DNA from: a virus
Strand: one strand, 5' to 3'
DNA length: 64,000 nucleotides
IMG/VR virus record: IMGVR_UViG_3300047160_006900
Coordinates: 1 to 64,000 of that record
Shown here in pieces: positions 44,237 to 56,227 of this stretch; the stretch's first letter is position 1; the number at the start of each line of letters is the position of its first letter. The notes beneath the pieces are model-generated. The model had not been told where the DNA came from, made no database searches, and was given only the letters and a program-made list of their open reading frames with translations. A program made the position numbers and the translations under genes.

Positions 44237-44530
44237 ATGAGTATCGCGACGGTTCACTACCTCTCCATGAACGTCCACTCTGGGCAAGTCACGTTGCCTG
44301 CCACGCCGACGCACGGCGTCGCCGGGTCCTTCACCTTCGCCAGTCTGACTCCGTCGCTCGGCCATACGGTCAACTGGGGAGATGCCACGGCCAACTCCAC
44401 GGGCACGACGGACACGAATGGTTCGCTCACGGTGTCCCACACCTACTCCGCTGCCGGGACGTACACCATCGTCGTCACGGAGACCGTGGGAGGACGGGTG
44501 GTGGCGTCAAAGGCGGTCACGGAGGCGTGA
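44237..44530 (+). CDS. PKD-domain protein (decoration-like)
   Basis: VNWGD...SHTYSAAGTYTIVVT. Confidence 0.75.
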   Translation: MSIATVHYLSMNVHSGQVTLPATPTHGVAGSFTFASLTPSLGHTVNWGDATANSTGTTDTNGSLTVSHTYSAAGTYTIVVTETVGGRVVASKAVTEA

Positions 44531-45897
44531 CTCGTCCGGGGTTCATCATCCCGAATGCGAACCTCGTAGCCCCTGACGTTCAGGCTGCCCAGCCGGATCA
44601 GGGTGACTTCCTGATTCTGGGGAACGGGCATTACGGCGTAGTGGTGGGCTGCAAGCTCTTCTTGAGCTTCCCGACGGTCTCCCTGGCTCCGGATCAGGAC
44701 GACACCACGGCGAACATCCTGATCTGTGCGGGGCAGGCCTTTCTCCTGACCTCCGGTATCACGACTCAACTGGCCCAACAGGGAGCACAAGGTCGTTGGG
44801 ACCTGATCGTCTTCGACCGCAAGAACGGTGGATTCAGGGCCATCGGCGGGGTCCCGGCTGACAACCCGGCCTACCCCGATATCACTGACACTATGACGGT
44901 TCTGGGAGCGGTTTCGGTCCCAGCAGCCGCTAGTGGGGCAACCCCCACGCTGATCGACAAGCGGTTGTTCATCCCTTCGACGCAGGTATCTGACGCAACG
45001 TCGAACTCGATCATGCGGACGTACGACAACAACGCTTCTCCCTCCCGCATCGTGCTGAATATCGATGGTCAGGGCACGATCACCTGGGGTCCGCTGACGA
45101 AGCTGGCGGCCACCGCCCCGGGTGTGCTGACGGTGACCAGCGAGCTTGATGCGACCAACATTCGTGCCGACCACCTGTGGGTGGGGGGTATCGAGGTCAC
45201 TACGGCCCAGCACATCGTGTGGGGGAATACCCGTCCCGGATCCGGGGACCGTATCGGAGATATCTATGTCAATACCGATACGGGAGACATCAGTATCTGG
45301 AAAACCGGGAGTTGGAACTCTCTCGATACCAGCACGCCTGCGGGCACGGTCATCATGTCGTTCGTGCCCCCCGCCCAGATGCCGGGGTGGTTGGCGCTGC
45401 AGGGCCAGACGGTCGATGTGGGGCTTGCTGGAGATCTCCCGTCGATCTTCCCCGACTGGGTTAATGGGAGTTTGATCACTCTCCCGGACATGCGAGGGCG
45501 GATGCCGGTGGGTGGTGGGTTCCGTGACTCCGGAACTCCGGGGTTCGTGAATGGAACGAACCCTTCCGGCACGCTGGTGGATGATCACGGGACAACGAGT
45601 GCCACGATCGGTATCGATCAACTTCCTGCTCATGTCCATCAGACCGGGAACGCCACCGGGGCCGGTGGACAACACCGTCATGCCATCCCGATCTGGGCAC
45701 CTTTTCAACCTCAGGGTGGGGTGGTCTCCAACGTCGGGTCGGCCAACACTAACGGGGTCGTGATCGACAGCCTGACCACGACGGATCTTGGTGGAGATCA
45801 TGCTCACAACCTCCCCGTCCACAACTCAGTGGGTGGGGGACAACCGTTGCAGCTAACGCCGCCGACCCTGAGCCTCTACTTCTACATCAAGGTCTAG
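44527..45897 (+). CDS. fibre protein with tail-collar domain
   Basis: PAGTVIMS...GWLALQGQ...LPDMRGRMPVG...QLPAHVH...LYFYIKV. Confidence 0.8.
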   Translation: MTRPGFIIPNANLVAPDVQAAQPDQGDFLILGNGHYGVVVGCKLFLSFPTVSLAPDQDDTTANILICAGQAFLLTSGITTQLAQQGAQGRWDLIVFDRKNGGFRAIGGVPADNPAYPDITDTMTVLGAVSVPAAASGATPTLIDKRLFIPSTQVSDATSNSIMRTYDNNASPSRIVLNIDGQGTITWGPLTKLAATAPGVLTVTSELDATNIRADHLWVGGIEVTTAQHIVWGNTRPGSGDRIGDIYVNTDTGDISIWKTGSWNSLDTSTPAGTVIMSFVPPAQMPGWLALQGQTVDVGLAGDLPSIFPDWVNGSLITLPDMRGRMPVGGGFRDSGTPGFVNGTNPSGTLVDDHGTTSATIGIDQLPAHVHQTGNATGAGGQHRHAIPIWAPFQPQGGVVSNVGSANTNGVVIDSLTTTDLGGDHAHNLPVHNSVGGGQPLQLTPPTLSLYFYIKV

Positions 45898-45899
45898 CC

Positions 45900-46571
45900 A
45901 TGGCTGTCTCGCCGGTCGTCTATCGAGTGCCCACGCTGGTTCCCAGCACGGTGACGAGAACGGCGGAGCTTCGACCGGAGGATATGGAGCGCATCCCCTA
46001 CGCCCTGGGGGAATCGGCCGGATCTTCCGACGAGAATTGGCCTCCGGCAGGATTCACGGGAGTGACCGGTATGACGAACACCAACGGTTCTGTCGATACC
46101 ACCAGCTTGCTTCCGCAGCCCTACAACATCGAGTGGGTGCAGGGAGATACGGCGATCTTCATGTTCCTGTTCACTGACATCCTGTGGACGGATACGGATC
46201 CCGGGTTCACGGATCCGGCCGCTCCGACCTGGGTGCAGAACACTTGGGCTGCTCAGGTCCGGAATCCGTACATCTACTCCACCTATGCCGCTGACTATTG
46301 GGTTCCGGCTTACGGGTATCAATACAACTGGTGGAGGGGTCACAGCGTCGTGGCGAACTTCACGGTCACGGCGAACGGGATCGTGGTTCCGGATTCCAGT
46401 CCTACGCAGTGGGCCACGGAAGTCACTTTGACGTTGGCCGATACCGATAGTGCCAACATCCTGCCCGGGAACTGGTATCGCTGGGATCTCCAGACTCGGT
46501 CGGCCAACAATGTCGTCATGACCCATCTCCGGGGTAAGTCTCGGATCATCACGGAATGGACCGTGGCCTGA
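45900..46571 (+). CDS. virion structural protein (BppU-like adaptor fold)
   Basis: QGDT...AAQVR...YRWDLQ...THLRGK pattern; precedes a collagen fibre. Confidence 0.55.
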   Translation: MAVSPVVYRVPTLVPSTVTRTAELRPEDMERIPYALGESAGSSDENWPPAGFTGVTGMTNTNGSVDTTSLLPQPYNIEWVQGDTAIFMFLFTDILWTDTDPGFTDPAAPTWVQNTWAAQVRNPYIYSTYAADYWVPAYGYQYNWWRGHSVVANFTVTANGIVVPDSSPTQWATEVTLTLADTDSANILPGNWYRWDLQTRSANNVVMTHLRGKSRIITEWTVA

Positions 46572-48265
46572 TGCCAGTCATTCCCGGCCCGGGTCACGGC
46601 GAGGTCACAGTCTCTCCGATCCTGTATGGCCCCAAGGGGGCCACGGGGGCCTCCGGCCCCAAGGGAGCAACGGGGGCTCCTGGGCCGAACGTCGTAGGAG
46701 CTACGGGTCCTCCGGGTGCTTCGGGGCCGGTAGGACCGACCGGTCCTGCCGGTGGGAACACTGGTCCGTCGGGGCCGTCCGGACCTGTTGGCCCGACGGG
46801 TATTCCTGGAGAAACCGGGGTCACGGGATCAACTGGTGATCCTGGTGGTCCGACGGGTGCTACTGGAATCAAGGGTTCCACGGGTGTTACTGGGTCGACC
46901 GGGGTTACGGGATCGACTGGTGTTACTGGAGATATAGGTATCCAAGGAGCGACCGGTCCTGGTGGTGGTGCTCAGGGGAATACCGGTGTCCAGGGAGCGA
47001 CCGGTATCCAGGGATCGACGGGCGTCACTGGTAATACCGGTGTCACGGGGTCTACAGGCGCTCAAGGGGCCACTGGGGTTACGGGCTCTACAGGGGTTAC
47101 CGGATCGACGGGTCCTGTTGGGCCGACCGGTATCACCGGATCCACCGGGGCCAAGGGAGATTCCGGGAATACCGGGGTCACGGGGGCGATGGGATCGGTA
47201 GGACCGACCGGAGCAACTGGCCCGAAGGGTGATACCGGGACCACCGGAGATCTTGGCCCTACCGGGGCCACGGGTCCCACTGGAAATATCGGGGCTACGG
47301 GGAGTGGAGCGACCGGAACCACGGGAGCTACGGGGGTCACCGGTTCACAGGGTAATACCGGAGTTCAGGGTTCGACCGGAGTGGGGAATACCGGACCGCT
47401 GGGAAATACCGGCGTGGTTGGTCCAGCCGGAGCTACGGGAGTCACTGGTGGTACGGGTGTTGGGAGCACTGGTATCACCGGATCCACGGGTCCGACCGGG
47501 GCTACTGGTCCTACGGGATTCACGGGTCCCCAGGGATTCAACGGGGCAACCGGTATCGGTGCTACCGGTGTGACCGGAGCCACCGGTCCCCAGGGGACGC
47601 AGGGCTCGATTGGCCCGACCGGTCCCCAAGGAAACACCGGGGTTCCCGGTGCTACGGGGGTAGTGGGATCTACGGGAACCACGGGATCCGTTGGACCAGC
47701 CGGTGCTACGGGAAGCGTCGGCGCTCTTGGTCCGACTGGTCCCACCGGAGTCACTGGGTCGACCGGAACTATTGGTCCGACCGGAACGGGAGCCTCTGGA
47801 CCCACCGGAGCAACGGGTCCATCAGGTGCTACCGGAGTAGTCGGGGCGACGGGGACCGGTTCTCAGGGAGCTACGGGGCCAGTGTCCAGCTACGTGGCGC
47901 AGATCGACGTCACCGACCCGAATGCGTCCTTGTCCCTCCAGGTGGGGAACGGCAAGGCCTACTACCGGATCAACTCGCTGATCAACGGGCTGAAGCTCAC
48001 TGCGGTGGCCATGCACGTCACCACTGTTTCCACCTCGGGGCTCCCGTCGTTCCAGATCTACAACGTCACGCAATCCCGCAACATGCTCACCACGGTGGTG
48101 TCGTGTGACGCCACCGAGAAGGACTCGTCCACTGCTGCCACGGCTGCGGTGATTGATACGGCGTCCTCTCACGATGTGGTATCTACGGGGGACGAGCTTC
48201 GGCTGGACTGCACCGTGGCCGGGACCGGGACCAAGGGCGTGATCATCGATTTGACGTTCGGCTGA
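46571..48265 (+). CDS. collagen-like fibre protein 1 (Gly-X-Thr)
   Basis: Long [12 protein letters not shown] triplet run plus a globular C-terminal domain. Confidence 0.9.
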   Translation: MPVIPGPGHGEVTVSPILYGPKGATGASGPKGATGAPGPNVVGATGPPGASGPVGPTGPAGGNTGPSGPSGPVGPTGIPGETGVTGSTGDPGGPTGATGIKGSTGVTGSTGVTGSTGVTGDIGIQGATGPGGGAQGNTGVQGATGIQGSTGVTGNTGVTGSTGAQGATGVTGSTGVTGSTGPVGPTGITGSTGAKGDSGNTGVTGAMGSVGPTGATGPKGDTGTTGDLGPTGATGPTGNIGATGSGATGTTGATGVTGSQGNTGVQGSTGVGNTGPLGNTGVVGPAGATGVTGGTGVGSTGITGSTGPTGATGPTGFTGPQGFNGATGIGATGVTGATGPQGTQGSIGPTGPQGNTGVPGATGVVGSTGTTGSVGPAGATGSVGALGPTGPTGVTGSTGTIGPTGTGASGPTGATGPSGATGVVGATGTGSQGATGPVSSYVAQIDVTDPNASLSLQVGNGKAYYRINSLINGLKLTAVAMHVTTVSTSGLPSFQIYNVTQSRNMLTTVVSCDATEKDSSTAATAAVIDTASSHDVVSTGDELRLDCTVAGTGTKGVIIDLTFG

Positions 48266-48276
48266 TTGGATACGAG

Positions 48277-48750
48277 ATGGGTTGGGCTCCATATGTCATC
48301 ACAGCGACCTCCGGGGGGTTGACCACTGCCACGAACGCCTACGTGACTGGGAACCAGTTGGGGACCGAGATCACGCTCACGGCGGCGGCAGCGGGAAACA
48401 ACGGGCACGGAGCCATCGTGGGGGTCGAACTCATCGACTACGCCAACATCGTCGGAGCAATCGACGTGCTCTTGTTCAGCGATACCACCACCCCTGCTGC
48501 GGACCGTGCAGCGGCGGCGTGGTCGGATGCGGATTCCAACAAGTCGATCGCTGGAACACCGATCACGCTCCCGGGTCCTACCTCGTTGACCAACAACCGG
48601 ATCTCTGGAGTGGGAAATATCTGGATCCCCTATCAGAGCGGATCTAGTCACGCCAACCTGTACTGCGATCTCATCACTCGCTCTGGGCATACCTTCTTCG
48701 GGGCTGTGACCGATCTTCACCTGACTATCAACGTGATGAGGTTCAGCTAA
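48277..48750 (+). CDS. virion structural protein
   Basis: 157 aa beta-rich, inside the structural operon. Confidence 0.6.
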   Translation: MGWAPYVITATSGGLTTATNAYVTGNQLGTEITLTAAAAGNNGHGAIVGVELIDYANIVGAIDVLLFSDTTTPAADRAAAAWSDADSNKSIAGTPITLPGPTSLTNNRISGVGNIWIPYQSGSSHANLYCDLITRSGHTFFGAVTDLHLTINVMRFS

Positions 48751-49536
48751 GTGGTCGACGTCTTCCAAAGCTCTACCCCGGACATGATCCACGGGCGCAC
48801 GCTGCTCCACGCACTGTTCTCGCAGACGGATAACTCCGGGTTGACCCCTGATCCGTCCCGATTCACGAACCCTAGTGGGAACGCCGGATACTCCATCGGT
48901 TGTGCCAATAATGAAGCGCTGCAACTGACGACCGGCACTGTGAACACGAATGCCTGCAACATCTTCGTGACCCAGCAGCGATGGCCCTCCAACATCGGCT
49001 GCCTGGTGTTGTGGTCCTCTCCGAGCTTGGGCAACCTGACATGGTTATTGGGGTTGCGGGCGACGACGACGACGCTCACCAGTCAGTCCAACCCGACGGA
49101 CTTTTACGCCCTCAAGCCGTTCTCAAATAGCACGGTCAATAGTGGGGCACCGAGTTTCGAACTGTGGAAGGTGATCAATAGTTCGGCAGCGACCATGGCC
49201 TCGCAGCCCGCCATTACGAACTATTCGGATGGTACTCATTACTGGCTGCGATTCGAGATCGTAGGTTCGGTATTGACAGGGAAGCTCTGGGCCGCAAGCT
49301 CTCCGGAATCGAGTGCTCAAGTGATCACGGTGTCGGACACGTCGTTCACGGCTGGGGGATATTCCACGATCACTGCTCGTAACTTCGTCGCTGCGCCCAA
49401 ATCGGTGGATATCTACGAGTACGTGCTCTACGAGCCGAACACCCTGCGAACCCCGGCGGCGACCATCCTCAATATCATTGATCCTCAGGAGTACGCTCCC
49501 TACCCTCGGACAGTTACGCTGTCAAAGAAAACTTGA
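48751..49536 (+). CDS. beta-sandwich (lectin/ConA-like) protein
   Basis: YWLRFEIVGSVLTGKLW...DTSFTAGG. Confidence 0.6.
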   Translation: MVDVFQSSTPDMIHGRTLLHALFSQTDNSGLTPDPSRFTNPSGNAGYSIGCANNEALQLTTGTVNTNACNIFVTQQRWPSNIGCLVLWSSPSLGNLTWLLGLRATTTTLTSQSNPTDFYALKPFSNSTVNSGAPSFELWKVINSSAATMASQPAITNYSDGTHYWLRFEIVGSVLTGKLWAASSPESSAQVITVSDTSFTAGGYSTITARNFVAAPKSVDIYEYVLYEPNTLRTPAATILNIIDPQEYAPYPRTVTLSKKT

Positions 49537-49565
49537 TTCGTCGTAACTACTGAAAGGCACTCATC

Positions 49566-50168
49566 ATGGCTGGCTGGACGACGGAGGACCACCAGTATTA
49601 CGAGCAGGGGTGGTGGGGGAACTGTGTCAACACCTTCTCCGAGGAGACCAAGCAGATCACCTACGCCTGGAACATGGGTCTTTCCAACGTCCCCGACTCC
49701 TACACCGGCCGTTGGCCGCAGTACGACCTGGCGGGCAAGTCGGTGCTGGACATCGGCGGTGGTCCAAGTTCGATCCTGCTGAAGACGGTCAACGGGCAGG
49801 GCCTCGTCGTGGCGGATCCCTGTCCCTACCCGGCGTGGGTGGAAGCCCGCTACGCCGCTATGGGGATCTCGCAGTTTCGGGAGCCGGGGGAGACGTTCAA
49901 CGCCGGTCGGCTCTTCAGTGAGGTCTGGATCTACAACGTGCTCCAGCACGTCGAGGACCCCCAGAAGATCATCGCCAACGCCCATCGACATGCCCCTATC
50001 CTGCGGATGTTCGAATGGGTGAACTGCGAACCCACTCTGGGGCATCCCTGGAAGCTCACCAAAGAGGATCTGGATGACTGGATCGGGAACGGGGCCGATG
50101 GCACGGTGGCGTTCGTGAATGAGAACACCGCTGTCGGTGAGGCCTATTTCGGGGTGTTTCCGCTGTGA
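49566..50168 (+). CDS. class I SAM-dependent methyltransferase
   Basis: SVLDIGGGP motif I, VADP, YNVLQHVEDP. Confidence 0.85.
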   Translation: MAGWTTEDHQYYEQGWWGNCVNTFSEETKQITYAWNMGLSNVPDSYTGRWPQYDLAGKSVLDIGGGPSSILLKTVNGQGLVVADPCPYPAWVEARYAAMGISQFREPGETFNAGRLFSEVWIYNVLQHVEDPQKIIANAHRHAPILRMFEWVNCEPTLGHPWKLTKEDLDDWIGNGADGTVAFVNENTAVGEAYFGVFPL

Positions 50169-51286
50169 GTGACAAGCTCAGATTCCATATCGTTTCCTTG
50201 CCGCATACCCAGACCACCAAGGAGTACTCCTGGTGTGCCTACACCGAGAAAGTGAGGAAATTCTGCGGGATGATGATGTCCCTCGGCCATGAGGTCTATC
50301 TCTACGCTGGGGAGGAGAACGAGGCCGACTGCACGGAACTCGTCACGGTGATCACGAAGGCCGAGGTGGAGCAGTGGTTCGGCCATCTCGACTGGCAGAA
50401 GGATCTCTTCCCCGCTGACGGCTGGGACCCGGATAAGCCATGGTGGCAAATCGGGAACACCCGATCGATCAAGGAGATCGCTAAGCGGCAGCAGCCGGGG
50501 GATCTGGTGGGCACGATCATGGGTCGGGATCAGGCAATGATTGCCGACGCCTTCCCGGAGATGTTGCCCTGTGAGTGGGGCATCGGGTACGAGGGGACGT
50601 ATGCCAACTATCGGGTCTTTGAGTCCTACACCTGGCTGCATCACGTCCATGGGGTTCAGCGGGACTCCAACGGGCGGTTCTTCGACGCCGTCATCCCCAA
50701 CAGCTTTGAGCTAGAGGACTTCCCCTACGGGGAGGGCGACGGCGGGTACTACCTCTTCCTTGGCCGGGTCATCCTCCGCAAGGGGCCGCATATCGCTGCG
50801 GAGGTCTGCAAGAAGCTGGATGAGAAGCTCCTCGTCGCCGGTCAGGGCGTCTGGCAGGAGGAACCCGGCAAGCTCTACGGGCTCGACAACGTGGTGATGA
50901 CCCATGACAACATGGAATACGTCGGAGTGGTACAGCCCCAGGAACGGGCCAAGCTGCTGGGAGGGGCCAAGGCTGTCTTCATGCCCACCCTGTATCTGGA
51001 GCCCTTCGGCGGCGTGGCTTGCGAGGCCATGCTGTGCGGGACACCCGTGATCGCCACCGACTGGGGGGCGTTCACCGAGACCATCGTGGAGGGCGAGACC
51101 GGATACCGCTGTCGCATGTTCCGGGAGTTCGTGGAAGCGGCGGAGAAGGTCCCCTCTCTGGACCGCAAGGCCATCCGGGAGCACGCCCTGCGCTATACCA
51201 CCGACACCATCAAGCACGAATACGACTACTACTTCCGTCGGCTCGCTACCCTCCGGGATGAGGGCTGGTACCAAATGGAGTACTAA
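50165..51286 (+). CDS. GT4-family (GT-B) glycosyltransferase
   Basis: LFLGRVILRKG, EPFGGVACEAMLCGTPVIATDWG. Confidence 0.92.
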   Translation: MSDKLRFHIVSLPHTQTTKEYSWCAYTEKVRKFCGMMMSLGHEVYLYAGEENEADCTELVTVITKAEVEQWFGHLDWQKDLFPADGWDPDKPWWQIGNTRSIKEIAKRQQPGDLVGTIMGRDQAMIADAFPEMLPCEWGIGYEGTYANYRVFESYTWLHHVHGVQRDSNGRFFDAVIPNSFELEDFPYGEGDGGYYLFLGRVILRKGPHIAAEVCKKLDEKLLVAGQGVWQEEPGKLYGLDNVVMTHDNMEYVGVVQPQERAKLLGGAKAVFMPTLYLEPFGGVACEAMLCGTPVIATDWGAFTETIVEGETGYRCRMFREFVEAAEKVPSLDRKAIREHALRYTTDTIKHEYDYYFRRLATLRDEGWYQMEY

Positions 51287-51525
51287 TGGACGAATGGGCA
51301 GTGACCTGCATCGTGCTCGACACCGAGGGCTGCGTGGTCATGCCGGAGACGGCGTTCGCTCGTCGTCCGTTTGAGATACGACAAGCGGTCTCTCCTCGGT
51401 TCCTTGTTGGACTCATGGTGGACGATACTGACCCTTCCATGCCGCTCACTATCAGAACTGCTACTGCCCTGTACGAGCGCACCAGGGGCGATGGCGTCCT
51501 GATCTATCGTCGCAACGAGGCCTGA
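51286..51525 (+). CDS. hypothetical protein
   Basis: GGAG RBS, TAATG coupling. Confidence 0.45.
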   Translation: MDEWAVTCIVLDTEGCVVMPETAFARRPFEIRQAVSPRFLVGLMVDDTDPSMPLTIRTATALYERTRGDGVLIYRRNEA

Positions 51526-51527
51526 TA

Positions 51528-51701
51528 ATGGATGTATCGATCGAGAACAGTGTCCTGTTGGACGAACTGCTGAAGATGTATGCGGAACTCCTGAAGGAGA
51601 ACCTGCTCCTGAAGCAGGTGGTCAAGAAACTGACCGAAGACCGGCCCTCAGAGCCGATGTATCCGTCAGAATCGATTGATATCCCGATAGCCGCTCCCTG
51701 A
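51528..51701 (+). CDS. small coiled-coil protein (57 aa)
   Basis: MDVSIENSVLLDELLKMYAELLKENLLLKQVV; below the ORF-track cutoff. Confidence 0.5.
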   Translation: MDVSIENSVLLDELLKMYAELLKENLLLKQVVKKLTEDRPSEPMYPSESIDIPIAAP

Positions 51702-51726
51702 CCACTGACTGCTGTATCATCCCGAT

Positions 51727-52548
51727 ATGGCAGCGCTCACGGACGTTTCTGGGGTTGCTCGTCAGTTGAGCCGGGATTTCGGGGTGTTCTTTGAGTCGAA
51801 CTTCGGACCCCCGAATATCGGCAGCACCCTGCGGCTCCCACATCCCCTGGTTGAGCCCTCCTCAGTCACGGTCCTGGACAACCAGGACGGGACTGATATC
51901 TCCCAGCAAGTAGCGATCAATGCCCGCAATGGCTTGCTGAAGATCCAGAACTTCGCTCAGTACGTGAGCGGCGTCTATGTCTCGGGGATGTACTTCAACT
52001 GGTTCCTGGACGAGGATCTGGCGTTCTTTTCCCAGTTGATCGTCACGGAGCACATGCAGGGCCGTCCTGGGGTCACTCTGGAGTCCATCGAGGGAACCGA
52101 AGTCGAGGTCATGGGCATCGGGGCGCTGGTCTTCGCCCTCTGGTCCCTGATGAGCGAGTTCGCCACCGATATCGACGTGGCCGGTCCCGAGGGCCTGAGC
52201 ATCCCAGCCCACCAGCGGTATCAGCAGATGCAGACGTTGGTCCAGTACTGGCAGGCTCAGTACGACCACAAGGCGGCGATGCTTAACGTCGGGCTGAACA
52301 AGATCGACATCTTCACCCTGCGGCGGATTTCCCGGCTCACCAACCGGTACCCACCGCTGTATCGGGGTCGGGAGATCGACAATCCCCGCCCGCCGATTCG
52401 TATCCGTCCTCCCATCCCACCTGAGGTATCAACGCCCTTTGAGGACGAGGAAGCCTTCTGGGCCATGGGTTCGGACAGCGTGACGACCGAGTCCTGGGAC
52501 TTCGGCTGGGGCGGGTGGGGGACCCTGGGCACGGGCGGTGCTCCGTGA
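51727..52548 (+). CDS. head-tail adaptor (neck) protein
   Basis: ALWSL...DIDVAGPEGLSIPAHQRYQQ...FTLRRISRLTNR; position after the head genes. Confidence 0.7.
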   Translation: MAALTDVSGVARQLSRDFGVFFESNFGPPNIGSTLRLPHPLVEPSSVTVLDNQDGTDISQQVAINARNGLLKIQNFAQYVSGVYVSGMYFNWFLDEDLAFFSQLIVTEHMQGRPGVTLESIEGTEVEVMGIGALVFALWSLMSEFATDIDVAGPEGLSIPAHQRYQQMQTLVQYWQAQYDHKAAMLNVGLNKIDIFTLRRISRLTNRYPPLYRGREIDNPRPPIRIRPPIPPEVSTPFEDEEAFWAMGSDSVTTESWDFGWGGWGTLGTGGAP

Positions 52549-52988
52549 GTCGTCCGGTCATGGAGCGGCTGCTGGAACGGGTCGAGATCGACCTGGACAC
52601 CGAGTGCTGGATCTGGCAGGGATCGGCGGACTCCAAGGGCTACGGCAAGATCCTGGTGGGGTCACGGGTTGACGGCTCCCGGAGGTACCCCGGGACTCAT
52701 CTTGTGGTCTACGAGCATCTGGCGGGGTTAGTCCCTGACGGACAGGAGCTTGATCACCTGTGTCGACGTCGGCTCTGTTGTAACCCGGATCACCTAGAGC
52801 CCGTCTCGCATACGGTCAACATCCAGCGAGGAGAGTGGCGGAATCGGTACGGACCTCGTACGCATTGTGAGCAGGGGCATCCGTTCGATGAGGCGAACAC
52901 GATGGTCCGACCGGATGGTGGGCGTCGCTGCAAGACGTGCAAGAACGAGCGTGAGCGGGCTCGTTACCGGACAGGTGGGGCTCCGTGA
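52545..52988 (+). CDS. HNH homing endonuclease
   Basis: ECWIWQG...GYG...ELDHLCRRRLCCNPDHLEPV...N; THCEQGHPF...CKTC. Confidence 0.9.
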   Translation: MSRPVMERLLERVEIDLDTECWIWQGSADSKGYGKILVGSRVDGSRRYPGTHLVVYEHLAGLVPDGQELDHLCRRRLCCNPDHLEPVSHTVNIQRGEWRNRYGPRTHCEQGHPFDEANTMVRPDGGRRCKTCKNERERARYRTGGAP

Positions 52989-53125
52989 GAGGCGTCTGCA
53001 ATCATTGCGGTCATCCCGAGCGGGACCACCGGGCGAACGGCGCTTGCGTGGCGGTCGTGACCGGTGGGCGTTTCGGTGACGTCGTCTGCCCGTGCAACAA
53101 CTATGACGACGGCGGCATCACCTGA
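52985..53125 (+). CDS. 46-aa Cys/His Zn-finger-like protein
   Basis: MRGVCNHCGHPERDH...C...CPC; coupled on both sides. Confidence 0.55.
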   Translation: MRGVCNHCGHPERDHRANGACVAVVTGGRFGDVVCPCNNYDDGGIT

Positions 53126-53712
53126 TGGACGCACGTCGAGAGGTCGAGCACGTCTTCAAGGAGTTCAACCGCTACCAGACCAAGGTCGGGGAGGCGGTGA
53201 TCTGGTTCAAGTACGACCTGACCTCCACGTACGACGACGTGTATGACGAGGCCAACCGGACCTATCAGCCGGGGTTGGCGCTGGAGATCTTGTGGGTCGA
53301 CCAGCAGGAGGACCCGGAGAACTACTCCCCCGAGGGGCGTCGGCCCACTCAGCGCATCCGTTTCGCCTGTTCGGCTCGGGCCATGAACGAGGTGGGGATT
53401 GGGTCCACTGAGGCTCATGGGGGACGGCTCTGGGACCCCAAGCCCTACGGGAAGCCGTGGTGGGATGACCGGCTGAACGACATCCTCTACTACGACGGCC
53501 GTTGGTATGAGGTCAGTGATTTCCAGATCCGAGGCCGTGCTCGCCAGGACACGGTAGTGGGGGTGACCGGGATCGAGACCCAGCCCATGGACGAGCGGAT
53601 CTACGACCTCTTCCCCCGTGACCCACAGCCACAGTACGTGCCCAATGTGCTGATCGGTGAAGACGGACAGCCGCTTCTCGATGAAGACGGCATCACCCCG
53701 TTGACCCCGTAG
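53125..53712 (+). CDS. head closure/stopper protein
   Basis: GEAVIWF...DDVYDE...[22 protein letters not shown]; neck position. Confidence 0.65.
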   Translation: MDARREVEHVFKEFNRYQTKVGEAVIWFKYDLTSTYDDVYDEANRTYQPGLALEILWVDQQEDPENYSPEGRRPTQRIRFACSARAMNEVGIGSTEAHGGRLWDPKPYGKPWWDDRLNDILYYDGRWYEVSDFQIRGRARQDTVVGVTGIETQPMDERIYDLFPRDPQPQYVPNVLIGEDGQPLLDEDGITPLTP

Positions 53713-53720
53713 GAGCTTCT

Positions 53721-55373
53721 ATGCCCGTCTCGTCAGACCCCAATCTTCCCCCCGATCAGCTTGCCCCCGAGGATCTCATTCCTGTCGTGGACGTGTCGGC
53801 CACCGGGCCGACGAACCCTGGGGGGACCAACAAGAACGTCACTGTGGGTGGACTTGCCACTGTGGTGGCCAGTGGAGGGCCGGTCACACAGGGACCGACC
53901 GGCCCGTCGGGACCGGTTGGGGCTACCGGGGTTGGGGACACTGGTCCTGCAGGAGATACCGGACCTCGGGGTTACGGAGGACCGATTGGACCGTCCGGGC
54001 TGAAAGGTTCGACCGGAGTCCCGGGGGTTTCCGGTCATATCGGGTCCACCGGCTCTCCGGGAGTGCAAGGAGCTACGGGAGCCCAGGGTATTGCTGGTCG
54101 AGCGGGGGCTCCGGGACTCGTCGGGGCCACCGGAGCAGGACTCCCGGGGATGCCGGGAGCCACGGGTCCTGGTGGTGGAGAAACCGGGCCTCCAGGTCCA
54201 ACCGGACCTCCAGGAGCAACGGGGACGCCCGGGGCTACGGGGGCGGGGCAAGCGGGAGCGTGTGGTCCGAAGGGTGCTACCGGTGATCTAGGGGCTACCG
54301 GGGTTCTTGGCCCTACTGGACCGCCGGGTCTCATTGGTATTACTGGCCCCATGGGGGCCACTGGTCCTGTTGGAGCAACCGGAGGCGGGGCTACCGGGGC
54401 TCCGGGACCTACTGGTTCACAGGGATTCCAGGGTCTTTCTGGAGCGACTGGTCCGCAAGGGTCCATCGGTGTCATCGGACCGACCGGGCCATCGGGGCCG
54501 ACTGGTGGGCTGGGAGTATCGGGAGCGACCGGTATCACGGGAGCGACCGGTATTACCGGGGCTACCGGAGTCGGAGTGACGGGCATCACCGGCATCACTG
54601 GCCCTGCGGGAGCTACGGGTGTTACCGGATTCACGGGACCAGTCGGAGCGACTGGGGTAGTCGGTCCAACCGGCTTGGCCGGGGCGACTGGGGTGACCGG
54701 CGCTACTGGTTCCGGGGCTACGGGGGCAGTAGGACCGACCGGTCCCGGCGGCGGAGCAACCGGTCCGCAGGGTTATACCGGGGTCACGGGGCAGACCGGA
54801 CCCGGCGGTGGAGCTACGGGGCCTCAGGGCGCTACGGGAATCACCGGAGCTACTGGTATCACGGGTTCGGCGGGAGCGACGGGGGTCGGGACTCAGGGGA
54901 TCCAAGGGATCCAAGGAATCCAAGGATTTCAGGGAGCAACGGGAGTCACGGGATCGGTCGGAGGCCAGGGTCCCCAGGGTGTCCAGGGACCCGTTGGATC
55001 CACTGGGCCTTTGGGATCTACCGGTATCACTGGATCTACTGGCCCGACCGGAGTATCAGCAGCCCAGGTACTAAATGCACAAACCGGTACTTCATACACA
55101 CTAGTCGCAGGAGACATCCTCAAGCTCATCACTCTCAGTAACACCGCTGCTATCTCTGTAACAGTGCCACAGGACTCTGCGGTTTCGTGGGCTATCGGAT
55201 ACTGGTGTGAGTTGTACCAGTTGAACACCGGGCAGGTGACCGTAGTGGCGGGGACGGGGGCCACCCTGCGGGCCACCCCCACAGCCAAGGCTCGGGCTCA
55301 GTTCTCCCGGCTGTTTATTCAGAAGATCGCCGCCAATACGTGGGCGTTGAGCGGGGACGTGGCAGCGTCATGA
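53721..55373 (+). CDS. collagen-like fibre protein 2
   Basis: Gly-X-Thr repeats; C-terminal [14 protein letters not shown]...WALSGD domain. Confidence 0.9.
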   Translation: MPVSSDPNLPPDQLAPEDLIPVVDVSATGPTNPGGTNKNVTVGGLATVVASGGPVTQGPTGPSGPVGATGVGDTGPAGDTGPRGYGGPIGPSGLKGSTGVPGVSGHIGSTGSPGVQGATGAQGIAGRAGAPGLVGATGAGLPGMPGATGPGGGETGPPGPTGPPGATGTPGATGAGQAGACGPKGATGDLGATGVLGPTGPPGLIGITGPMGATGPVGATGGGATGAPGPTGSQGFQGLSGATGPQGSIGVIGPTGPSGPTGGLGVSGATGITGATGITGATGVGVTGITGITGPAGATGVTGFTGPVGATGVVGPTGLAGATGVTGATGSGATGAVGPTGPGGGATGPQGYTGVTGQTGPGGGATGPQGATGITGATGITGSAGATGVGTQGIQGIQGIQGFQGATGVTGSVGGQGPQGVQGPVGSTGPLGSTGITGSTGPTGVSAAQVLNAQTGTSYTLVAGDILKLITLSNTAAISVTVPQDSAVSWAIGYWCELYQLNTGQVTVVAGTGATLRATPTAKARAQFSRLFIQKIAANTWALSGDVAAS

Positions 55374-56227
55374 GTCGGACAGCGGTCTACATCCGGGACA
55401 ACCCCAACGCCACCGGGGACTGCGACTGGATCGACGTCACCAACAACTGGCGGGACGCTGACGCTACGTGGCTGCAGGAGCGCTCGATCGTCCGGGTCAC
55501 CACCACCCCGGATGCCGAGATTGACGTGGTCAACACCCATGAGGGACGGGTGTTCTACTCCACCAACGACAAGGTGCTGTACCTCAGCACCACGGGGAGT
55601 GCCCCCTTCGACAGGATCATGTCGTCGGAGTTCCTGGTCGTGGACGAGTCGGTCTCGGGATCATCCCAGGTTGGGATCAGTGGTCATGAGGCCTACGGGA
55701 TTGCTTTCGATACCTCTAGTGGCTTCGTCACCATCGGCAACCTTACGGTCTCGACACTGGGTGGCGTCGGCTTGCTGAATGTCAACACCGTGGATGCCGG
55801 GACCGTGTCTGTGGGGAGCGGTGGACTCACCATCGAGACCGACGGGTCCCACAGCGTGGTCATGACGACCGGGGCCGACGGGTTGTTGCTGAGCACCGGG
55901 CTGGACGTGGCAGGTCCAGTCAGCGCTCCGACCGGGGACTTTGGGTTCCTCTCCGCAGTGGGGCCGACCAGTCTGGCAACGACGACGATCGCCAGCACGT
56001 TGACGGTGGGGACATCGACCATCACCCCGACCGTGACTTCCCCGTCCTCCGGGGATCTGACCATCCAGATCCAACCGGGGAGAAGTATCCGTTTCACGGG
56101 TGCTGTAGCGGATACCAATCTGTACTTCGGGTCCAATATCAATGTCCGGGTGGCCTGGGTGGTGGTCGGAGCTATTGATCCCGGAGTCGGGAATGTTCCT
56201 GAGGGCACGATCTGGATCCAGCCGTGA
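55370..56227 (+). CDS. fibre/minor tail protein
   Basis: Beta-rich shaft; ends EGTIWIQP. Confidence 0.65.
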   Translation: MSRTAVYIRDNPNATGDCDWIDVTNNWRDADATWLQERSIVRVTTTPDAEIDVVNTHEGRVFYSTNDKVLYLSTTGSAPFDRIMSSEFLVVDESVSGSSQVGISGHEAYGIAFDTSSGFVTIGNLTVSTLGGVGLLNVNTVDAGTVSVGSGGLTIETDGSHSVVMTTGADGLLLSTGLDVAGPVSAPTGDFGFLSAVGPTSLATTTIASTLTVGTSTITPTVTSPSSGDLTIQIQPGRSIRFTGAVADTNLYFGSNINVRVAWVVVGAIDPGVGNVPEGTIWIQP

